Assembly (NCBI GenBank): GCA_015485895.1
Contig: WFSR01000012.1
Location: forward strand, 3,201-67,200
Direction: 5' to 3'
Length of the DNA stretch: 64,000 bases
Origin: Candidatus Microgenomates bacterium
GTDB lineage: Bacteria > Patescibacteriota > Microgenomatia > UBA12405 > UBA6130
Shown one piece after another: positions 36,215 through 46,399 of this stretch; the first letter of the stretch is position 1, and every line of letters begins with the position of its first letter. The notes beneath the pieces were generated by a model. That model was not told where the DNA came from. It did no database searches and saw only the letters and a list, made by a program, of their open reading frames with translations. A program made the translations under genes and the position numbers.

Positions 36215-37451
36215 CGTTATTGATATCGGAACTACGAAAATTACTACTTTGGTGGCTCAGCATTTAGCCGAAGAGAATAAGCTAAATGTTATTGGCATCG
36301 CCTCTGCTCCGGCTGAGGGATTTAGGCGCGGGCAGATTATTAACATAGAGGAAGCCACCAATAGTTTAGCAAGTAGTGTAGAAGCAGCCGAACGAATGTC
36401 CAGCAATCCTATTAAGAAAGCATATATTGGTATTGTTGCTCCCTATTTGGAATCATTAAAGTCTACGGGTGTGGTTGCTGTTACAGAGCCAGAAAAGGAA
36501 ATTACTTCTCTGGATGTTGAAAAAGTTTTAGAAGCGGCCCGAGCTATTTCCCTCCCCAAAAATAGCACTGTTTTGCATGTAATTCCACGACAGTTTATCG
36601 TCGATGGTCAAGAAGGCATAGTTGATCCTCTAAGAATGACAGGAATTCGCCTAGAGGTCTCAGCAACCATTCTAACTGCCTCTATGGCTGCTCTTAATAA
36701 TCTTCGTAAAGCTCTTTTGGAAGCTGGGATAACACCTTTGGAATTGGTCTATAGCGGTTTTGCGAGTGCTGAGACTGTCCTCTCCCCAACCGAGAGAGAA
36801 TTGGGGTCTGTCCTTGTAGATATTGGAGGGACGGTAACCAGTATCACCGTCTTTGTAGAGGGATCACCAGTCTTTGTAAAGGTTTTACCGGTGGGGTCTG
36901 TAAATGTTACCAATGATTTAGCTATAGGCCTCCGTCTTCCCCTGGAGGAGGCTGAGAAATTAAAAATTTTTTTAAGTAAAGGGAAGAAGAATAAAAGGCT
37001 AAAGGAACGGTATTCTCCAGCGGCAATTGGCATCAATAGCCGTCGGGATATTGACCTTGATGTTGCCTTAAATGGCATTGTTCAGCCAAGGTTAGAGGAA
37101 ATTTGTCAATTAACAAGAGATGAATTGCAAAAAGTAAAATTGTTGGGAGCTACCCCAGCTGGTGTGGTGGTCACCGGTGGCGGCGGACTCTTACCTAATT
37201 TAACTGTTATTGCCCAGCGCATCATCGGTTTGCCTGTGCATATCGGTCGCCCGCATCAGTTGGGTGGCATTGCCGAAGAGATTACTACTCCATCTTATAG
37301 TAGTGCTTTAGGATTATTAGAATATGCAGCTAAAAATAATGAGGAGGCAAGTAAGTCTATTTTTATGCCTTCCTTTTCTTTCTTCCGCAATAATAATTTT
37401 AGAGGAGCGGCTGAGCGAATGTTAAATATTTTACGCCCCCTCTTACCATAA
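36192..37451 (+). CDS. ftsA: cell division protein FtsA (actin-like ATPase)
   Basis: N-terminal VIDIGTTKITTLV phosphate-1 motif and VLVDIGGTVTSITVF phosphate-2/adenosine motifs. Immediately precedes ftsZ. Confidence 0.85.
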   Translation: MLYSKIISVIDIGTTKITTLVAQHLAEENKLNVIGIASAPAEGFRRGQIINIEEATNSLASSVEAAERMSSNPIKKAYIGIVAPYLESLKSTGVVAVTEPEKEITSLDVEKVLEAARAISLPKNSTVLHVIPRQFIVDGQEGIVDPLRMTGIRLEVSATILTASMAALNNLRKALLEAGITPLELVYSGFASAETVLSPTERELGSVLVDIGGTVTSITVFVEGSPVFVKVLPVGSVNVTNDLAIGLRLPLEEAEKLKIFLSKGKKNKRLKERYSPAAIGINSRRDIDLDVALNGIVQPRLEEICQLTRDELQKVKLLGATPAGVVVTGGGGLLPNLTVIAQRIIGLPVHIGRPHQLGGIAEEITTPSYSSALGLLEYAAKNNEEASKSIFMPSFSFFRNNNFRGAAERMLNILRPLLP

Positions 37452-38605
37452 TGGCGCTTTTGGAACCTTTGCCAGCCCAAGTCGCTAAAATTAAAGTCAT
37501 CGGTGTTGGTGGAGCAGGGATGAATGCTGTAAACCATATGCTGGAACAACAACCTCCAGAAGGAGTAGAATTTGTGGCTGTAAATACCGATGCTCAAGTA
37601 CTCTCCGCTTCATTGGCGCAGATAAAAGTGCAAATAGGTGATAAGTTGACACGTGGTTTAGGTGCAGGCGGAGATCCTCAGGTTGGGGCTAAAGCAGCTG
37701 AAGAATCAAAAGAAAAAATAAAACAGCTATTAGAAGGCTCGGATATGGTTTTTATTACTGCTGGAGCTGGTGGCGGGACAGGAACCGGTGCCGCTCCGGT
37801 AATTGCCCGATTGGCAAAACAGGAGCTGAAAATTCTTACGGTGGGGGTGGTTACGAAACCTTTCCATTTTGAAGGAACAAGGCGCATGGTGATTGCCGAG
37901 GAGGGGATTAAACACCTAAAGGAAACAACTGACGCTCTGATTACCATTCCTAACCAACATCTTCTAGATATTAAAAATAGCATCACTTTTCTCAATGCAT
38001 TCAAAATGGCAGACGCTGTCCTTGCCCGGGCGGTGGAAGGTATTGCTGAGATTATCACTGTTCCGGGACTTATTAATGTTGACTTTGCTGACATTAAAAC
38101 TATTATGCGTGATGCAGGCAGTGCTCTTTTAGGTGTTGGGTTAGGGGAAGGCGAACAGAGAGGTGAAAAAGCATTCCAGGAAGCGTTAAGATCGCCTCTC
38201 TTAGGCAATTCTATTCGTGGAGCTCGAGGGGTTTTATTTAATGTAGTCGGCGGAGAGGACTTAAAGATGGAGGAAATTCATTGGTTGGCAGAACAGTTAT
38301 CGCAGCAAGTAGGGGGGGATGCGAATATTATTTTTGGGGCACGAATAGATGATAAATTTAAAGGTAAACTTCGCTTAACCTTGATAGCAACTGGTTTTGA
38401 AGAGCAAGCGGCTCTACAACACTTGATTTCTCGCAAGGGAGATAAAAAAGCGACATCGTTGAAAAACCCGGAGCATGAAAAACAGAAAAAAGAAAAAAAG
38501 ATAGAAATGGACAAGATGCTAAAAAAAATTGCTACGGAAAATGCGGATTTAGGTGTTCATTTAGATGATCCTTTCGATATTCCTGCTTTCTTACGGCGTG
38601 CCTAA
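37451..38605 (+). CDS. ftsZ: cell division GTPase FtsZ
   Basis: IKVIGVGGAGMNAVNHM and the tubulin signature GGGTGTGAAPVIA. Conserved C-terminal DIPAFLRR tail. Confidence 0.95.
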   Translation: MALLEPLPAQVAKIKVIGVGGAGMNAVNHMLEQQPPEGVEFVAVNTDAQVLSASLAQIKVQIGDKLTRGLGAGGDPQVGAKAAEESKEKIKQLLEGSDMVFITAGAGGGTGTGAAPVIARLAKQELKILTVGVVTKPFHFEGTRRMVIAEEGIKHLKETTDALITIPNQHLLDIKNSITFLNAFKMADAVLARAVEGIAEIITVPGLINVDFADIKTIMRDAGSALLGVGLGEGEQRGEKAFQEALRSPLLGNSIRGARGVLFNVVGGEDLKMEEIHWLAEQLSQQVGGDANIIFGARIDDKFKGKLRLTLIATGFEEQAALQHLISRKGDKKATSLKNPEHEKQKKEKKIEMDKMLKKIATENADLGVHLDDPFDIPAFLRRA

Positions 38606-38608
38606 GTA

Positions 38609-39649
38609 ATGAATAATTTTTTTTCTTCGCTTTCTTCAGGCAAAGTTTTGGTATTTTTCTTAATTTTCATTATGGCTGGTCTGAATTTGTTTACTCTCTG
38701 GACACTTAAAGCTAATGCTAGCACCCAACTACTTTTTTGGATACTTGGACTGACGGTTTTTTTCTTTCTTATTTTCTGGCGGCCATCATTATCGTCTTGG
38801 CGGAAATTTGACTGGCTTATTTACTTGAGTATAGTAATATCATTGCTCTTGCCCCTTTTTTGGGGGCAAACCATTAGAGGAGCTCGCCGTTGGCTTCATC
38901 TGGGTATTTTCTCAATTCAGGTATCGGAAATAGTAAAACCATTTTTTATTCTTTCTTTTGTTTCCTTGATAGAAAGGGGCAAAAAATGGACGGTCGGTTT
39001 TCTGGTGCTATTACCACTCCCGGTAATTTTTTTGCTTTTGAAGGAACCAGATTTTGGAAGTGCCATCCTTTATCTTAGTTTAGTTTTTTTCTTAGCTCTT
39101 TTGTATTATTGGCGGCAGAGAAAATTCTGGGTAGCGCTTGGCGGTGGCGTTTTACTCTTTTTTCTCTTGTTACCTTATTTACTTTCTCCTTATCAAAAAC
39201 AGCGTTGGAATACTTTTCTTCATCCCGGTAGTGATCCTTTAGGAGCTGGCTATAATACTCTCCAGGCAAAAGTCAATATAGGGTCGGGCCGCATTTTGGG
39301 CCATGGCCTCTGGCATTTAAAACAGGAATTACAGTTTCTCCCTGAGGCTCATACAGATTTTATCTTTGCTAGTTGGGCTCACGCTACCGGTTTTGCTGGG
39401 GTGATTTTTATCTTATCTCTCTATACCATCCTCTTTTGGACCTTGGGGCAAAAAGTTTTAGCTACCAAAACTGAATGGGTGTTCATTTTTCGCTTTCTAT
39501 TATTGGCACAGCTTTGGTTGCAAACGCTGGTTAATTTAGGGATGAACTTAGGAATTTTGCCAGTTACCGGATTGCCATTGCCATTTTTTTCTTATGGAGG
39601 ATCTTCGTTACTCGCCAGTATTCTAGCGCTTGCCTTTATTTTGCTTTAG
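38609..39649 (+). CDS. second SEDS-family protein (RodA-like)
   Basis: 10 TM helices with C-terminal PLPFFSYGGSSLLASILALAFIL. Paralogous to the ftsW-position gene. Confidence 0.75.
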   Translation: MNNFFSSLSSGKVLVFFLIFIMAGLNLFTLWTLKANASTQLLFWILGLTVFFFLIFWRPSLSSWRKFDWLIYLSIVISLLLPLFWGQTIRGARRWLHLGIFSIQVSEIVKPFFILSFVSLIERGKKWTVGFLVLLPLPVIFLLLKEPDFGSAILYLSLVFFLALLYYWRQRKFWVALGGGVLLFFLLLPYLLSPYQKQRWNTFLHPGSDPLGAGYNTLQAKVNIGSGRILGHGLWHLKQELQFLPEAHTDFIFASWAHATGFAGVIFILSLYTILFWTLGQKVLATKTEWVFIFRFLLLAQLWLQTLVNLGMNLGILPVTGLPLPFFSYGGSSLLASILALAFILL

Positions 39650-39665
39650 CTGGTATAATTACAAA

Positions 39666-39980
39666 ATGTTAACGGCAATAATTGCCTTACAAGGCCACCA
39701 GTATTTAGTTCGTCCTGGTGAAGAGCTGACAGTAGATTTCCTTAACAAGAAACCTACAGGTGAGGTTCTGGCTCTTTTTGATGACGATAAGCTTGTCGCT
39801 TTGGGTAGTGACGCTAAAAAGTATCAGGTAGAATTTAAGTTGCTTGCTCCCCAGAAAAAAGGTAAAAAAATTACGGTTAGAACTTATAAAGCAAAAGCAC
39901 GCTATCGTCGTCACAAAGGTTTTCGCCCCTTGCAAACGGTAGCAAGAGTCATTAAAATTGCTAAAGATGGCCAAAAGTAA
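39666..39980 (+). CDS. rplU: 50S ribosomal protein L21
   Basis: MLTAIIALQGHQYLVRPGEELTVD is the typical L21 N-terminus. Start taken at ATG 39666 inside the tracked ORF. Confidence 0.85.
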   Translation: MLTAIIALQGHQYLVRPGEELTVDFLNKKPTGEVLALFDDDKLVALGSDAKKYQVEFKLLAPQKKGKKITVRTYKAKARYRRHKGFRPLQTVARVIKIAKDGQK

Positions 39981-40212
39981 AGCTGCAGGAAAAACAGGCC
40001 AAGGTAGCCCTCGCCCGGGAAAGAGGCGAGGAGTAAAACGTTATGGTGGCCAGTTAGTAAGCCCTGGTGATATCATTGTTCGTCAAGTGGGCACGCGATT
40101 CCGGGCTGGTATAGGCACAAGATTAGGACGTGATTTTACTATTACGGCTCTCCGGGCCGGGCGAGTCCATTTCCGCCAGCAAAAAGGTAAAAAAATAGTA
40201 GTCGTTCTATGA
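39967..40212 (+). CDS. rpmA: 50S ribosomal protein L27
   Basis: MAKSKAAGKTGQGSPRPGKRRGVKRYGGQLVSPGDIIVRQVGTRFRAG is classic L27 sequence. Confidence 0.9.
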   Translation: MAKSKAAGKTGQGSPRPGKRRGVKRYGGQLVSPGDIIVRQVGTRFRAGIGTRLGRDFTITALRAGRVHFRQQKGKKIVVVL

Positions 40213-41045
40213 GGATGGCAAAGCAGGGGGCAAAAATTCAACAATTGCCAATTGATGTCCTCCAACCTAATCCCCTTCATCCCCGTGACAACATTGATGA
40301 AGGATCGTTGCAAGAGCTGAAAGAGTCAATTGCTCTTCAGGGAATTTTAGAGCCTATTTTGGTAGCCAGCACACCAGCGGGATACCAAATCATTGCCGGT
40401 GAGCGTCGCTGGCGAGCAGCAAAGTTAGTCGGTCTAACAACTATTCCAGCAGTTGTGCGAGAAGTTTCTCCCCAGCAAATGTTGGAAATGGCCCTGGTAG
40501 AAGATATTCAACAACAAAGGTTAAATCCTCTCGACCGAGCTAAAGCATTTAAGCGTCTTCATGATGAATTTGATCTGTCAATAAAAGCAATTGCCCAAAA
40601 AATAGGGAAAAGCTCTGCTTATGTTATTAACAGTATTCGTCTTTTACGTTTGCCAGATGCTTTAAAAGATGGCCTTTTAAGCGGTTTGATAAGCGAGGGA
40701 CATGCTCGGGCACTGATGGGATTAGGGAATACAAAAATAATAATTGAGGTTTACAAGCAAGTTTTACGAGAGCACGCTTCGGTTAGGAGAACGGAAGAAT
40801 TGGCACGAATAACAAAAAGGGGAGAAAACGAGGCGCAGAGGGATGTAATAAGTTATTCTCATATAGAAAGTTTGCATAATTATTTAGAAAAGAAACTTAA
40901 CATTCCCGGGATGATGATTAAAATTGATCAGACGAGAAGTATGCTAAAAATTAGTCTTCGGGCTCGAGGCTATGGCAATAAAGAAAAATTATTCTTCCGC
41001 TTTAGCGATTTAGTTGGCTGGTCAAAGCGTACGAAGGGCGTTTAA
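40209..41045 (+). CDS. parB: ParB/Spo0J-family partition protein
   Basis: ParB box II GERRWRAAKLVGLTTIPAVVRE and a helix-turn-helix region downstream. Confidence 0.8.
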   Translation: MRMAKQGAKIQQLPIDVLQPNPLHPRDNIDEGSLQELKESIALQGILEPILVASTPAGYQIIAGERRWRAAKLVGLTTIPAVVREVSPQQMLEMALVEDIQQQRLNPLDRAKAFKRLHDEFDLSIKAIAQKIGKSSAYVINSIRLLRLPDALKDGLLSGLISEGHARALMGLGNTKIIIEVYKQVLREHASVRRTEELARITKRGENEAQRDVISYSHIESLHNYLEKKLNIPGMMIKIDQTRSMLKISLRARGYGNKEKLFFRFSDLVGWSKRTKGV

Positions 41046-41592
41046 TTACTTGAACACGGTTAAGTGGCCAGTAGCGGAAAATTGCCCGACCGACAATACG
41101 AGTGACGGCGATGGGTCCGAAAGCACGGGAATCACGAGAGTGGGGACGATTATCGCCGAAGACCATATAATGGCCAGGAGGAATAGTAAAAGGCACATCA
41201 TCTCTTAGGAATTCCTCCCCGGTAGTATTTATGTCTGATGCTAGATAAGATTCTTTAAACAAGTGCCGGTTAATGTAAACATGGCCCTGATGTAGCTCAA
41301 TTGTCTCACCAGGCAAACCAATAACGCGTTTAATATATTCACATTGATCGATGGCACATGGTTCGCTGGGGGGTGCTTTAAAAATTATCACATCACCTCG
41401 CTGCGGAGGATGAAAACGATAAGAGATTTTCTCCGTCAGGAGGAGGTCGCTGTTATGGAAGGTGGGCATCATTGAATGGCCTTTAACTTTGTTTGGTTGG
41501 GCGATAAAGAAATAGGTGAGAGCGAAAATGGAAAAGGCAAATACCAAAGCCTGAAGAGAGTCAAGAAAAAAATACCAGAGTTTTTTAAACAT
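41002..41592 (-). CDS. lepB: signal peptidase I
   Basis: N-terminal TM segment. S26 motifs KGHSMMPTF (SM), GDNRPHSRDSR (GDNR..S.DSR), and a KRVIGLPGE box. Confidence 0.8.
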   Translation of the reverse strand: MFKKLWYFFLDSLQALVFAFSIFALTYFFIAQPNKVKGHSMMPTFHNSDLLLTEKISYRFHPPQRGDVIIFKAPPSEPCAIDQCEYIKRVIGLPGETIELHQGHVYINRHLFKESYLASDINTTGEEFLRDDVPFTIPPGHYMVFGDNRPHSRDSRAFGPIAVTRIVGRAIFRYWPLNRVQVIKRPSYALTSQLNR

Positions 41593-41710
41593 TATGGTTT
41601 AGTTTAATCTTGTCTTTTTCGACAGTCAAGAGGTAAAAGTTTGGGATGCGGAAACAGACTTGAAAGTCAGGCAGTGAACTAGATAATTGTCTGGGGGTTA
41701 TAATTAGTTT

Positions 41711-42826
41711 ATGAAAGTGGCAATAGTCCGAGGGGCTTTCTCAGGCCCTTGGGAATTGCAAAACTATTATACCCTAAAGGAGAAAGATGTTTTTCTAAAG
41801 GTTTTTACTAGCCAGTGGCCTTTAGACTCCCATTTTGAGCTACCGCAACAACATCTCTGGTCGCCGGTAGATTTGCCCTCCTTCCCCTATAAAATGCCAA
41901 TTTTAAACCGTCTTATAGGAGATGCTCATTATCTTTGGGGATTAGAAAAGCAGTTATATAATTTTGACATTGCCCATACTGCTGAGACTTACTATTACTA
42001 TACCCAACAATGTTTAAAGGCTAAAAAGCGGGGTTGGGTAAAGAAGGTTATAAGCACTGTTTGGGAGACTATTCCTTTCAATAATGAACAGATATGGCGG
42101 CGGAGGGCGTTTAAATATCGTGCCTCTCAGGAAATTGATCTTTTTTTAGCACCAACCCAACGGGCAGCTCGGGCTTTGAAAAAAGAAGGAGTTGCCACCC
42201 ACAAAATTAAAGTTTTACCAATGGGAGTAGGCCAAGTGTTTTTCACTCAAAAAATAAAACCTCAGAGGAAAATCGCTACCCATCTCCTTTTCGTAGGAAG
42301 ATTGGTCAAGGAGAAAGGCATTTGGGATTTACTTCAGAGTTTCAAGCGTTTACAAAAAGATGGGTTAAAATTAAAGCTGTTACTAGTTGGCCAAGGGCCA
42401 GAAAGGAAAAGAATCACTGCCTGGATTAAGGCTAACGGGTTTTCTCGGTTTGTTAAAATTAAGAAAGTGGAATATCGACGAATGCCAAAAGTGTACCGTT
42501 GGGCTGACATTTTTATTTTACCCTCAATTCATACACAATATTGGGAAGAACAATATGGTATGGCAGCGGTGGAAGCTTTAGCTAGTGGACTGCCAGTAGT
42601 GGTTAGTGATTCAGGGGCCTTGCCAGAAGTAGTTGGTCCGGCTGGTATAGTAGTACCAGAGAGTAATCCTAGCATTCTTGCCAAAACCCTTTATCAATTG
42701 GCAACTGACTCTCAGCGACGCAATGATTTGGGCGTTTTAGCTTACCAGTGGGCTAGAAAAAGATACTTTGCCCCTACAGTGGCTGCAAAAATTTTAGATA
42801 TTTATACCACGCTTTTACGTGAGTAA
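41711..42826 (+). CDS. GT4-family glycosyltransferase
   Basis: EEQYGMAAVEALASGLPVVVSDSGALPEVVG is the EX7E motif. LLFVGRLVKEKG is a typical GT4 motif. Confidence 0.7.
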   Translation: MKVAIVRGAFSGPWELQNYYTLKEKDVFLKVFTSQWPLDSHFELPQQHLWSPVDLPSFPYKMPILNRLIGDAHYLWGLEKQLYNFDIAHTAETYYYYTQQCLKAKKRGWVKKVISTVWETIPFNNEQIWRRRAFKYRASQEIDLFLAPTQRAARALKKEGVATHKIKVLPMGVGQVFFTQKIKPQRKIATHLLFVGRLVKEKGIWDLLQSFKRLQKDGLKLKLLLVGQGPERKRITAWIKANGFSRFVKIKKVEYRRMPKVYRWADIFILPSIHTQYWEEQYGMAAVEALASGLPVVVSDSGALPEVVGPAGIVVPESNPSILAKTLYQLATDSQRRNDLGVLAYQWARKRYFAPTVAAKILDIYTTLLRE

Positions 42827-43805
42827 GCTAGCAATTCAACGGAATATGCCGTTAGCTCCTTATACTACCCTTAAAATTGGGGGGCCAGCTGATTACTTGC
42901 TGGATGCCTACTCATTTTCAGAATTACAACATGCTTTAGCGTGGGCTTTAAAAAAGAATTTACCCTGGTATATTTTGGGTGGGGGGAGTAATGTGCTAAT
43001 TAGCGATCGAGGGATAAGAGGTCTAGTTATTATCAATTGCATCAAGGGATGGCAGGTCATTTCATCCACATCGGCTCAAAAACCTGATATGGGCATTGCT
43101 AGTCGTTGGCACAATACTTTTACTCTAAAACCTCCACAACGCGGTAAAGGAATTATAATTGAAGTGGCAACAGGCACTGATTTAAAAACCTTCCTTTTTC
43201 AGTTAGCGGAAAATCAGATCACCGGTTTAGAATGGTTTGCTGGTATCCCGGGAACTATTGGAGGGGCAATAAAAAACAACATTCACGGTGGCCCTGATTT
43301 TTTTAGCCAATACCTACTAGGGGTGCAAATATGGCAGCGAAATAGAATAGAAAATTATTCCTTGCGTCGGGAAGATTTTGATTATGATAGTTCTCCTTTT
43401 GACTCGCAAACTGTGCTTTTAAAGGCAAAGTTATTGCTTTTCCAAGCTGAAGATAAGCGCGGCAAATTGTTTTTGCAGGAGTGGGGAAAAGCAAAATTAC
43501 AAAACCAACCTCAAAATTCTGCCGGGTGTATTTTTCAAAATTTATCAGCTAAAGAACAAAAATGGCTCCATTTACCCAGCTCGAGTTGGGGCTATATTAT
43601 TGATAAAGTTTTACATTTAAAGGGCCAACAAATTGGTGGTGCTCAAATTTCTCATCGGCATGCGGCTTTTATTGTTAATGCCAACGGCAAGGCCCGGGCC
43701 CAAGACATTTTAGCCTTGATTGCTTTAATTAAAGAAAAAAGCAGACGGGTTTTGGGAGTAGAGCCTCGTTTAGAAATTCAGCTTTTAGGCTTCAATGGAA
43801 AATAA
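42819..43805 (+). CDS. murB: UDP-N-acetylenolpyruvoylglucosamine reductase
   Basis: MPLAPYTTLKIGGPADYL FAD-binding N-terminus. GGGSNVLI.D motif. 328 aa. Confidence 0.85.
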   Translation: MSKLAIQRNMPLAPYTTLKIGGPADYLLDAYSFSELQHALAWALKKNLPWYILGGGSNVLISDRGIRGLVIINCIKGWQVISSTSAQKPDMGIASRWHNTFTLKPPQRGKGIIIEVATGTDLKTFLFQLAENQITGLEWFAGIPGTIGGAIKNNIHGGPDFFSQYLLGVQIWQRNRIENYSLRREDFDYDSSPFDSQTVLLKAKLLLFQAEDKRGKLFLQEWGKAKLQNQPQNSAGCIFQNLSAKEQKWLHLPSSSWGYIIDKVLHLKGQQIGGAQISHRHAAFIVNANGKARAQDILALIALIKEKSRRVLGVEPRLEIQLLGFNGK

Positions 43806-44547
43806 AGTTAAGGTTACCGCTGTTGTTTTGACCAAAAATGAAGCTCTCCAAATAAGGGAGTGTTTAGATGGATTAAAGTGGGCTGATGAAATATTGGTGA
43901 TAGATGATTACTCGCAAGATACTACCGTTAAACTTGCGCGGCAGAAAGGAGCGAGAGTTTTAAAGCATCACTTAAAAAATTTTGCTGATCAACGAAATTT
44001 AGCCCTGCACCGGGCAAATTATCCTTGGGTCTTTTTTGTAGATGCTGATGAGCGCGTTACCCCCACCCTAGCTAAAGAGATTGTGCGACGTATTGAGAAA
44101 AGAGGAGGGGAGAAAGGCTATCGTTTCCATAGACAAGATATTTTTTGGGGGCATGCCCTACATTTCGGTGAAAATGCCCGCAATACTTTTATCCGTTTAG
44201 GGCGAAAAAATGCTGGCTGTTGGCAAGGTTTTGTGCACGAGAGATGGGCAATAAAAGGGAAAGTGGGAAACGTGCAAGAGCCACTTTATCATCGGTTGCC
44301 CTCTTTGAGAAGTTTTTTAGAGAAAATAAATTTTTATACTAGTTTACGGGCCAGAGAATTGAAACGACAAAATAAAGCTGTCAATAGCCTTAGTGTTGTG
44401 GTCTATCCATTAGCGAAATTCTGCTGTGATTATTGCTTTTGGCAAGGTTTTCGCGACGGCACACCTGGTTTGATCATAGCAATGCTAATGACTTTCCATT
44501 CATTTTTAGTTCGAGCTAAATTATGGCACCTTTACCATCATGATTAA
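43795..44547 (+). CDS. GT2-family glycosyltransferase
   Basis: VVLTKNEALQIRECLDGL...ILVIDDYSQDTT (DxD-like DD) and FFVDADE (DAD). Typical GT-A fold layout. Confidence 0.65.
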   Translation: MENKVKVTAVVLTKNEALQIRECLDGLKWADEILVIDDYSQDTTVKLARQKGARVLKHHLKNFADQRNLALHRANYPWVFFVDADERVTPTLAKEIVRRIEKRGGEKGYRFHRQDIFWGHALHFGENARNTFIRLGRKNAGCWQGFVHERWAIKGKVGNVQEPLYHRLPSLRSFLEKINFYTSLRARELKRQNKAVNSLSVVVYPLAKFCCDYCFWQGFRDGTPGLIIAMLMTFHSFLVRAKLWHLYHHD

Positions 44548-45607
44548 CATCGAGACAATTATTCTCATAATTTATCCTTTAGGTGCCTGGCTTAGCCTTC
44601 CGCTCTTACCCTGGCACGTTACACTTTTGGATGTCCTGGTTTTACTCTTTGTTGTTAAAAATGGACGAATTTTCTTTGGGAAAGAATTTGTACCTCTCTG
44701 GCTATTTAGCGCTGCACTTATATTTTCCTATATACGGTCTTTATGGCAGGTAGATTTTAATTTTACCTGGAGAGCTTTTTTATATTTAGGGAGAACCGTA
44801 GTTTACTATGCCTTTTTGGCCTATTTCTTGAATAAGCGAAACAATAGCTATAAAAGCGGAATCTTTTGGGTTACTTGGTGGCTAATGATCATTGGCTTAA
44901 GCCAATATCTTTTAGTGCGCAACTTTTTAAGCTGGCAAGTTCTAGGGTGGGATCCCCACATTGATCGTCTGGTGGGCAACTGGTATGATCCAGGTTTTCT
45001 GGCTACTGCTTATCTACTATTATTGATTTTTTGGAACTCGTTTCTAAATTCTTTTGCTACATTTGGATTATGGCTAATTACCTGGCTTGCCCTTTTCTTG
45101 ACTTACGCTAGATCTATTTGGATCTTAGCAGCAGGATGGCTACTAAGTCGGCGGAAACATATCGCCCTATATCTCTTGGTGCTTTTAGGAGGAACTTTCC
45201 TAATATTCCCACATAATACTAGCGAGGGAACAAAAATTTTACGAACAGCATCTATAAATGGACGATGGCGAAACGGGAAAGTGGCCTGGCAAATTTTTAA
45301 GCATCATCCTTTATTAGGTATAGGTTTTGACAACTTAGCTTCTTGGCGTTTACGCCAGGGTATAAATGTAGGCCATGCCAGCATGGGTTTTGAAAACAGT
45401 TTTCTCTTCCTATTAGCTACGGGGGGGTTAATTAGTTGTTTTGGCTATTTCATCTTTCTCTGGAACTTGATGAAGAGAATGACATTGCAAGGTCAACATC
45501 TAACGATTTTATGGCTGTTAAGTGGTCTTTTCAACAACACCCTTTTTTATCCTCTCCTTATCACTCTCTTGGCATTTTTGCTGGCAGCCACTAAGGATGG
45601 TAGGTAA
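44540..45607 (+). CDS. O-antigen ligase/polymerase-like (Wzy_C-type) polytopic membrane protein
   Basis: About 10-12 TM helices with a periplasmic loop after helix 9 (RSIWILAAGW...GIGFDNLASWR), typical of the WaaL/Wzy_C family. Confidence 0.4.
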   Translation: MINIETIILIIYPLGAWLSLPLLPWHVTLLDVLVLLFVVKNGRIFFGKEFVPLWLFSAALIFSYIRSLWQVDFNFTWRAFLYLGRTVVYYAFLAYFLNKRNNSYKSGIFWVTWWLMIIGLSQYLLVRNFLSWQVLGWDPHIDRLVGNWYDPGFLATAYLLLLIFWNSFLNSFATFGLWLITWLALFLTYARSIWILAAGWLLSRRKHIALYLLVLLGGTFLIFPHNTSEGTKILRTASINGRWRNGKVAWQIFKHHPLLGIGFDNLASWRLRQGINVGHASMGFENSFLFLLATGGLISCFGYFIFLWNLMKRMTLQGQHLTILWLLSGLFNNTLFYPLLITLLAFLLAATKDGR

Positions 45608-46310
45608 TTACTATTGTTTTTTCAGTCATATTCCCGGCATTGTCTTCAGCGCGAATAATGAATTTATTATCACCACTAGCAAGCTCCATCTTGGTAGAAA
45701 AATGCCCTTCACTATCAACCAATACTAGATGATCGTTAATCGTAAGTTTGGCATTGGGTTCTGTTTTGCCTTGAATCTCAGCTGTCTCTTGATAGCTTAC
45801 ACTGGTAGCATTAGATGGTTTTTTAATTTCTAATTGCGGTGGCTGATTATCAAAAATAATTGTGTAAATTCCCGAGGTGTTACTTTTTTGTTGGTCTCTT
45901 TCGGCAATAGCCCAAAAACTATTCTTGCCCGGTTGCAAACCAATATGATCAAAGCAGAAAGACCCATGCTGGTCGCTCTTAGTAGTAGCCAATAATTTAG
46001 TGCCGCTATAAAGGGCAATAACACTGTTAGGATCAGCAAGACCATCCAGGGTTATAGTAGCACTATTAGTGGCCTCGGGAGAGTTAGTGAAACGAGGAGG
46101 AAGAGGGGCGATTATTTCTTTCGCAGGCGGAGTTTGTTTCTGCTGATCCCAAAAAGTAGCTAGCCGAATTAAAAACGGAATGCCGAAAAAGATAGAGAGG
46201 ACCAGAAGGATTAGCGTTAAAATCCCTAGTAAGATTGCTCGTCGCGTGAACTGCTCGTTGGAAGAATAACGAGGTGCCATTTGCTTACTGGTTGTCTTAA
46301 ATTTTCTCAT
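45591..46310 (-). CDS. membrane-anchored protein with Ig-like/beta-sandwich repeats
   Basis: N-terminal TM helix, a Pro-rich linker, then beta-rich repeats (NSFWAIAERDQ..., NKFIIRAEDNAGN...) resembling bacterial Ig-like domains. Confidence 0.35.
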   Translation of the reverse strand: MRKFKTTSKQMAPRYSSNEQFTRRAILLGILTLILLVLSIFFGIPFLIRLATFWDQQKQTPPAKEIIAPLPPRFTNSPEATNSATITLDGLADPNSVIALYSGTKLLATTKSDQHGSFCFDHIGLQPGKNSFWAIAERDQQKSNTSGIYTIIFDNQPPQLEIKKPSNATSVSYQETAEIQGKTEPNAKLTINDHLVLVDSEGHFSTKMELASGDNKFIIRAEDNAGNMTEKTIVITYHP

Positions 46311-46317
46311 TACTAAG

Positions 46318-46389
46318 AGCTGGTAGGAGGAGTTGAACCTCCAACCTTTCCCTTACGAAGGGACTGCTCTGCCATTGAGCTATACCAGC
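46318..46389 (-). tRNA. tRNA-Thr (anticodon CGT)
   Basis: Reverse complement gctggta ta gctcaatggcagagc a gtccc tTCGTAAa gggaa aggtt ggaggttcaactcctcc taccagc. Anticodon loop uuCGUaa. Confidence 0.8.
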
Positions 46390-46399
46390 TAATCATAAG

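Noticed and set aside
37678-38208. 176-aa antisense ORF within ftsZ
   Set aside because: Produced by the Gly/Ala-rich GC-biased codons of ftsZ read on the opposite strand; Pro/Ala/Ser-rich low complexity.
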